A stretch of DNA of 64,000 nucleotides, taken from contig NC_045698.1 of assembly GCF_009834535.1 (NCBI RefSeq), positions 4,464,001 through 4,528,000 of the forward strand, read 5' to 3'. Below the pieces are notes generated by a model. That model ran no database searches. It worked only from the letters and a program-made list of their open reading frames with translations, and had not been told where the DNA came from. Source of the DNA: Camelus ferus. Lineage: Eukaryota. Shown piece by piece: positions 58,054-64,000 of the stretch (its first letter is position 1; each line of letters begins with the position of its first letter). The translations under genes and the position numbers were made by a program.

Positions 58054-58338
58054 TGTAACCCATGAAGAGACCTGAAGGACAGCCATGCCTGAACAGAGAA
58101 CTCCTGAAACTTACCTTTACTTCCCACCCATCATTTCAGAGCCCACTCCACCTCTTACTATCTACTTCCCTGATAAGTACCCCACTCAACAGCTGATGAG
58201 AAGACAGATCTGGGCATTGCCTCCTGCCTCCTTGCTTGGTTGCCCTGCAAAAGAAAAGCCTCTTTCTTTCTGCAAAACAGTATTGGTATTTGGCCTTTCC
58301 CTTGGGAAGCAGACAACAAGCCCACTTGCCCAGTTACA
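58054..58338 (+). mobile_element. Solo ERV1-class LTR (MER34/39-like) in NSUN2 intron 2
   Basis: TGTAAC...GTTACA inverted termini, 285 bp, ending ...cccacttgcccagttaca. Confidence 0.65.
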
Positions 58339-58691
58339 TGAGTACAAAAACATTTTTAAGGAGAGAACACCAGAAGTTTTTAAGCAGGCTTGTAATGTTA
58401 CAAATTTTCACGTGCTCCAAAGGCTGAGCACCTTCAACTCACAAATCCTCAGGTGTCACCTTTCAGATTACATTTTCGTTTCTTATTCTGGCCTCCAAAC
58501 TTGCAGTACCTCCCTGACCTATTCCGTTGGACCCTGTGCTCCCTCTCAGTGCTTCCAGACTCTAGAATCCACACCGCTGACATACAGAGGTTCTCCAGCA
58601 CTGTAACACTTCTTGGGGAAAACATTCTCGTTTTTAACCATGCGCATCCTAACCCCAACTTTAGAGTTAACACTCAAGGCACGGCCCCCTA

Positions 58692-58874
<183 letters not shown>

Positions 58875-58956
58875 TCAGACGCTGGAGCCGCGCCGTAGGC
58901 CTCGGGGTCGGGGAGGCCCACGCAGCGCCCTGGCCCGCCCTCACCCTGGCCCCTAC

Positions 58957-59007
58957 CGCGTCATTGCGCTTCCCGCCGCCCTCGGCGCTGTCCTCCGCAC
59001 CCCCGGG

Positions 59008-59038
<31 letters not shown>

Positions 59039-59067
59039 AGCCGCCGGCCCCGCGACCGCCGCCCCAT
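58957..59067 (-). CDS. NSUN2: NSUN2 exon 1 coding part: MGRRSRGRRL(Q9)RPGGAEDSAEGGGKRNDA
   Basis: ATG at 59067-59065; donor GCG|GTAGGG; 37 codons. Confidence 0.97.
59011..59037 (-). repeat. (CAG)9 coding trinucleotide repeat
   Basis: 27 nt of uninterrupted CTG on +, encoding Q9 in NSUN2 exon 1. Confidence 0.99.
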
Positions 59068-59680
59068 GGCCCACGCGGCCGCGCACGCCGCCCTCACACA
59101 CCGACCCGCCACCGTCGGCCGCGCGAGCACTTCCGGGCTGCAGCTTGAGGACCCCGCGGGTCTGCGCCTGCGCCTCACTCGGATCCGCAGTAACCTTCAA
59201 GAAACAAGCCGAAAGCCCCGCGACCCGTGCTCCCGGAAAGAAACCAGCGAGAGGAACCGCTGACAGCCGTGAGTGGGAAAGGGGCTCCAGAGAGCAGGCC
59301 GAAAGGCGCCTGCACGCCGAGCGCCCGGGTTTCCCGCGCGGGCTCAGGCAGCGGTGCGGACAGCTCGAAGTCGCGCGTGCGCTCTGCGGCGAAGGGCGGG
59401 GCGGTGGGTGGGTGGGGCGGTGCGGCCCCGGAGCGGGCGGGACTCCAGTCGCGTGGGAGGGCGGGGACGTCTGCAGGCCCTCCCGCGCCCCGCCCCCGGG
59501 GCCGCGGCGCGCAGCCGGACTGGTCCAACGGGTCGCATCCGCGCATCCGGTTTCCATACCCCGGCTTTCGCAGCGGGCACCGACCTCGTATAACCGCGCC
59601 TCCCGCCCCCTCGCCGCCTGTGCCCTATATGTGGCCCGCCGCGGCTGGCAGGACATGGAGCTCGCCTGCCGTCCCCCGCC

Positions 59681-59961
59681 ATGGCTCTGGCCGAACAGTT
59701 CCTGCTGGACGCGCTCGCCTACCTGGAGTGCGCCCTGGGCTTCGTGAGCTACGTGCTGCTCAGGGTGGTGGGCTCGCCCTACGGGCGCTACGCGTCGCCG
59801 CAGTCCGCCTTTCCGGTGCCGGCGCGGGCCGCCTGGGTCCTGCAGGAGCTGCCCTCGCTGGCGCTGCCGCTCCTCGCGTGCGCCGGCGCGCGGGCCGAGC
59901 GCCTTAACCGTTGGCCCAACTGCATCCTCCTGGGTATGTTCCTCATCCACTACGCGCAAAG
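59681..59961 (+). CDS. SRD5A1: SRD5A1 (steroid 5-alpha-reductase 1) exon 1 coding part; remaining exons lie beyond the window
   Basis: MALAEQFLLDALAYLEC...YGRYA...VPARAAWVLQELPSL...PNCILLGMFLIHY matches the SRD5A N-terminus. Kozak cgccATGG; donor CAAAG|GTAAG (phase 2). Head-to-head with NSUN2, as in other mammals. Confidence 0.96.
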
Positions 59962-62900
59962 GTAAGGACCGGCTGCCCCGCGCCTCTCCCTGCCCCACCT
60001 GGTTCCCTGCCCTCTGCCTGTGCACCAGGGCCTGGCGCCCTCTCCTTGCGCCCGTGTTCCCTCTCGCAGGATCCCTTCTTACTTCTCTACAGTTTAAACT
60101 TTGGTCTCTTTGTTGTGGATGAAGGAGCTGTTTTCGCCCAGCCAGGAGGTCATCTGCAACTTGGAAACCGGTTTCCTACAACTGCCTGTGATTTCCCCTT
60201 TACATGGCACTGACTCTATGGGCTTGAATGGATCACATTCAGAATTTCACCTCCACTTTTGGCAAGGGCCCCACAAATGCGGAAGCGGTTTTCCAAGAAA
60301 TCACCTTAAATACACATAACGTTTTCAAGGTTACTTCCAGATGTTTTGCTTTGGTGAAGAGTGTTAAATGGCAGTGTCGGAACACCTCGGGCCTTGTAGT
60401 GAGATGGGGCTCCCTCCAGCTCTCAGGCTTTGACTTTCACACAGCTAAACCAAGTGGCCCAACGAACGTTTAAAATCAACACTTAAAATTTTTCATTCAG
60501 ATTTCCAAAGGCTGCCCAGTTAAAAGGAGTGTTATCTGCCTGTGAGGGAGCTGTGCCGCTCTCTCTGGGCAGGTTACGTGACCTCTCTGATTTGTGGTCC
60601 GACGTTACTACACCCAATTCATAGAGGAGTAGAAGTCGGTGATTGTCTCTAAACCGCTCTTGAGTTTCTGGTGCAGCATGTGTCCTCGTCTGCTTTTATT
60701 GAAATGGGCAGAGCCCACGTTCCACAAAGGCTCACTGAGCCCGTGCTCCTGACACTCCCGGGTTTGTCCAATAAGCAAAGTTGTTGCCAGGCTGCTAGAT
60801 GTTTTGTAATGTGATTGAGTGTCAGGAGAATTCTTGTATCTGTATACATTTCTCCAGAAACATGCCAGAACCTGTGCCTCTCTGTTTCTGTAAAGGCTGA
60901 GCGCAAGCTCTGGAGACAGACTGCTTGGTATTACCCAAGCCCATCCCTGGTGAGGTGCCGTGGGATGAGTCACTGAGCTGCCTGCAACAGGCCTCCCCAT
61001 CAGTTAACAGACATAGCGAAGGCACCAGCCTGCGGGATCGGCATGTGTGTTAAATAAAGACAATTCCATGAAATGCCTGTGTGGTTCTGACACAGCTGAG
61101 GGCTCAGTGATGACAAATGACACCACTTTCAATTTGCCATGCAAACGGGCACATCCAGGTACATGCTCTGCGTGACATTCATGCTCACTGCTGCTGGCTT
61201 CGAGTGCCAATAAGAAACTTCTGAGGACAAGGCAGTGGGAAGACGTAAAGGGAGCACTTTGCAGAGTTTTGTCTAAAAGCTGGGAGTTGAAGCTTTTTAC
61301 CCTGAGATGTATGTGTCGCTGCGTCTCGGATCTCTAGGGGGAGACCGGATGCTGCCTCCCAGAGGGCTGAGTCACTTCTAGAGACAGAACGTGAATAGAT
61401 CGTTTCATACAGAGGAGGCCACTGAGCCACAGAATTCACTTAAGGTTGCTGGACAAGAGGGTGCTCGGACTAAGTCCCCCAGTTTCTAGACCAGTGGCTT
61501 TAAAATTTCTGCTCCCAAGGATTTGTGGGTCAGGTGTAGTTTTTTTTAACTGCTGGGCTCTTTCTTTTTCGAGTCATACATATTACGGTACACGTGGCCC
61601 GTGTGGTTTGGGGACATTCCAGTTTTCCAGATAGAAACGATAAACATCTTCCATTCTACCCAAGCAACTAATTTATTAAACGGTCATTTGACGTAAGTCA
61701 GTGAGCACTTGGAAGAGAGCAGAAGTGCAGAGAGCATTCAGCACCTGTTCGAATCCAGCCAGCTGACCCAGGAGACGTTTATGCAGCCCCCTCCTTGTCC
61801 GGGCTCCGCGGACCATTCAAGGCAGGGTGAGAAATGAGGTGTGAGTGCAAGCCCGAGGCAGGCTGGTGGCAGGAGAAACGCCAACCAGAGGACGCACTCA
61901 GGAGACACGGACAAGGCTGAGGGGTAGCAGCTACGGGGCTGGGCAAAGCTGGGGAGGACACAGGAGGGGACAGGGCCCTGCCTTTCGGGGAGTTTTAGCC
62001 TCTTGAGGGAGTGATAAGGACCGAGGCCACTTGGAGGGGCTTCCCAGGGTCTGCGGGAAGGGAGTATTTGCTTGTGTCTTTTTATGTCTTCATTTGGGTC
62101 GCATTTCCTAAGGACTGATTCACCTACCTGGTGCTAGACTCGTTATCAGAGCTACAGAGAGACAAGGTATTCCCTTAAAGAATCAAGACATACAAAGCAG
62201 GCTCTGGAGAATCAACAGGATCTTTTGGGCAGAAGAGCCAGGGATGGGCAGGAAAGCCAGCCGAGGAGGGGAAGAAGGGACAGCTGCGGGACAGACACCA
62301 GGGCCCTGACCAGCCCCCCCAAGGATGGTGAAGGACATTTGTAGGAATGTCTTTTAATCCATGGCCAACAGCATGGTTGTCCCATGAGCTGCCCCTGCAG
62401 TTACAGCGTCCCCTGTGTCCCTTCTGCACAAAGGGCCCCTCCTGTCCATCTCAGGGCTTCCCGAGCCCTGGCGGCATCTTCTCACAGCGCCCTGGGACTT
62501 GTGTGCATAGAGCGGTGTCTGACGGCTTACCTCCTCACCTGAGGCAGGTGCATGCTAGAAATCACAGATTCCTGCTGTCACCACCACCAGCTCAGGGCTG
62601 CTCTGCGTTTGTCAGAGGCCCCGGGCGTGGCTCCCTCCATGGCTGTCTCACCTCATGTTCTGCTGCTCTCTGCCCTGCCTAGCAGAGTTCTCTACTACCT
62701 GAACTCAGGGTCCCCGTGTCACAGGTTTTCCCTTCCCATTCAGCAGTGAGTGAGTGTGTCATTGATTATTTCTTCATCTGCTTCCCCATTTAACATTAGT
62801 TACAAACCCAAGTCCCACTTAAGCACGGAGTCATTTACCACTGGGCGGCCCCAGTGACCTCCTTTATCTTGAGGCCATGGAGGAAGGATGCCAGATGCAC

Positions 62901-63096
62901 CTCCGCCTCACCAGAGTGCAGACTTTCCATCACCCGTCCCAGAGTCTGTGCTCAGCCAAAGCTGTGGCCTCGTGGCACGGTGATTCTGCCATCCCTGATG
63001 GCACTGCCTCAGAGAGCCTCCCCCACTTCAGATCCATCGTGTCTCCTGCAGGGGTCTCTTAATGGTCCTTGGGGAGAGCTTGGCCCAGCCTCTCTC

Positions 63097-63217
63097 TTAT
63101 TTATTTTTAAAAATTTCATCTCATTTTTTCTCCCCTTATTGGAGGCACTGGGGATTGAACCCAGGACCTCGTGCACTCCAAACACGTGCTCTACTACCGA
63201 GCTATACCTCCCCACCC
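63097..63217 (-). mobile_element. tRNA-Ala-derived camelid SINE (Vic-1 type) in SRD5A1 intron 1, with TSD
   Basis: ggaggcactggggattgaacccaggacctcgtgcac...ctactaccgagctatacctcc; flanked by cccagcctctct at 63084-63095 and 63216-63227. Confidence 0.9.
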
Positions 63218-64000
63218 CAGCCTCTCTTTTGAATGTGCCATTTGGTGTGTGTAACATTAAGACACAGCAGAGAACTGGAGAGGCTGAAGGATACTCCAGA
63301 ACCTTGGCCCTGGGCTCGTGGATTCAAGTGATTTAAGAAAAGGAAAACTTTTACACAAAGTAAAGCATGGTAAGTGAAATATTCATGTGTTGGTGAACTT
63401 GTCTTGAAAGGGCAGAGTGCTTATTTAAGTGTGCGGCTTTATTGCAATATAATCATCATAGTCAAAAAGTCTCTTTTTAAAAATTTTTGTACGGTTTTTA
63501 GTGAAAGAGACTTTTACAGAAGGACAGACAAGCAAAAGGAACTGATCCAAACCTAAGAAGTGCTGTAGATTTCAATAATGTCAAATAGCTGAGAAAAAAA
63601 AGTAATAAAGTCAGTTATTAAAAATTAACCACTCTCAATTTTAAACATTTAAAAATAGTACATCTGCCATTGCCTGAATGACGGCCAAATCACCAGGTTA
63701 GCTATTTCGTGTCCCCAGCTTGGGTGTGTGACCTCACAGGCCATCTTGGGAGAGGATGCCCAGTTGCTTTGATGTGGGGAGTCAGAGCTTTTACTGGATG
63801 ATTGCATTATTTCTCATTGCAAGGAAGCTGGAATGTTATTACTGTTGGGAAAATCTTTTAAGAGATAACTCTTGTTTACTGTGTGGCTTACGTGGCCATG
63901 GAGCTTGTGTCTGGGATTCCAGAAATTGAAACGTTACTTTCAGTGATGAAGGAGGAGTCCTCCAGTGGCTGCCTGCCTGAGCTGATCACATCTGGCAGAT

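Noticed and set aside
58961-60025. 354-aa - strand ORF, plus the 200-226 aa + strand ORFs at 59145 and 59227
   Set aside because: They lie in the CpG island, where stop codons are scarce. They are Arg/Gly/Pro/Ala-rich with no recognisable domain, and they overlap SRD5A1 exon 1 or the promoter.
60000-64000. SRD5A1 exon 2
   Set aside because: No sequence encoding the expected continuation (xLIYPFL.RGGKP-like) is present, so it lies beyond the window.

Overview
Mammalian genomic DNA, very likely camelid, judged from three tRNA-Ala-derived Vic-1-type SINEs. The window holds the complete 19-exon NSUN2 coding sequence on the - strand (CDS 59067 to 34471). I mapped every exon by hand. All introns are GT-AG, and the exons join to 2289 nt = 762 aa + stop with both catalytic cysteine motifs intact. 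NSUN2 sits head-to-head with coding exon 1 of SRD5A1 (+ strand, 59681-59961) across a 613-bp CpG-island bidirectional promoter. Positions 1-33.8 kb are intergenic and full of old L1, MaLR/ERV LTR, MER and MIR fragments, with four N gaps in the window's left half. I found no evidence for a new protein-coding gene or a novel biological system. The best second-look items are an out-of-frame strong-Kozak uATG over the SRD5A1 start, a pure (CAG)9 polyQ tract in NSUN2 exon 1, a ~60-bp direct repeat flanking the catalytic exon 9, and an L1 with a perfect 17-bp TSD 25 nt from the exon 4 donor. Comparisons with human sequences and repeat subfamily names are from memory, not from searches. Repeat boundaries are approximate.
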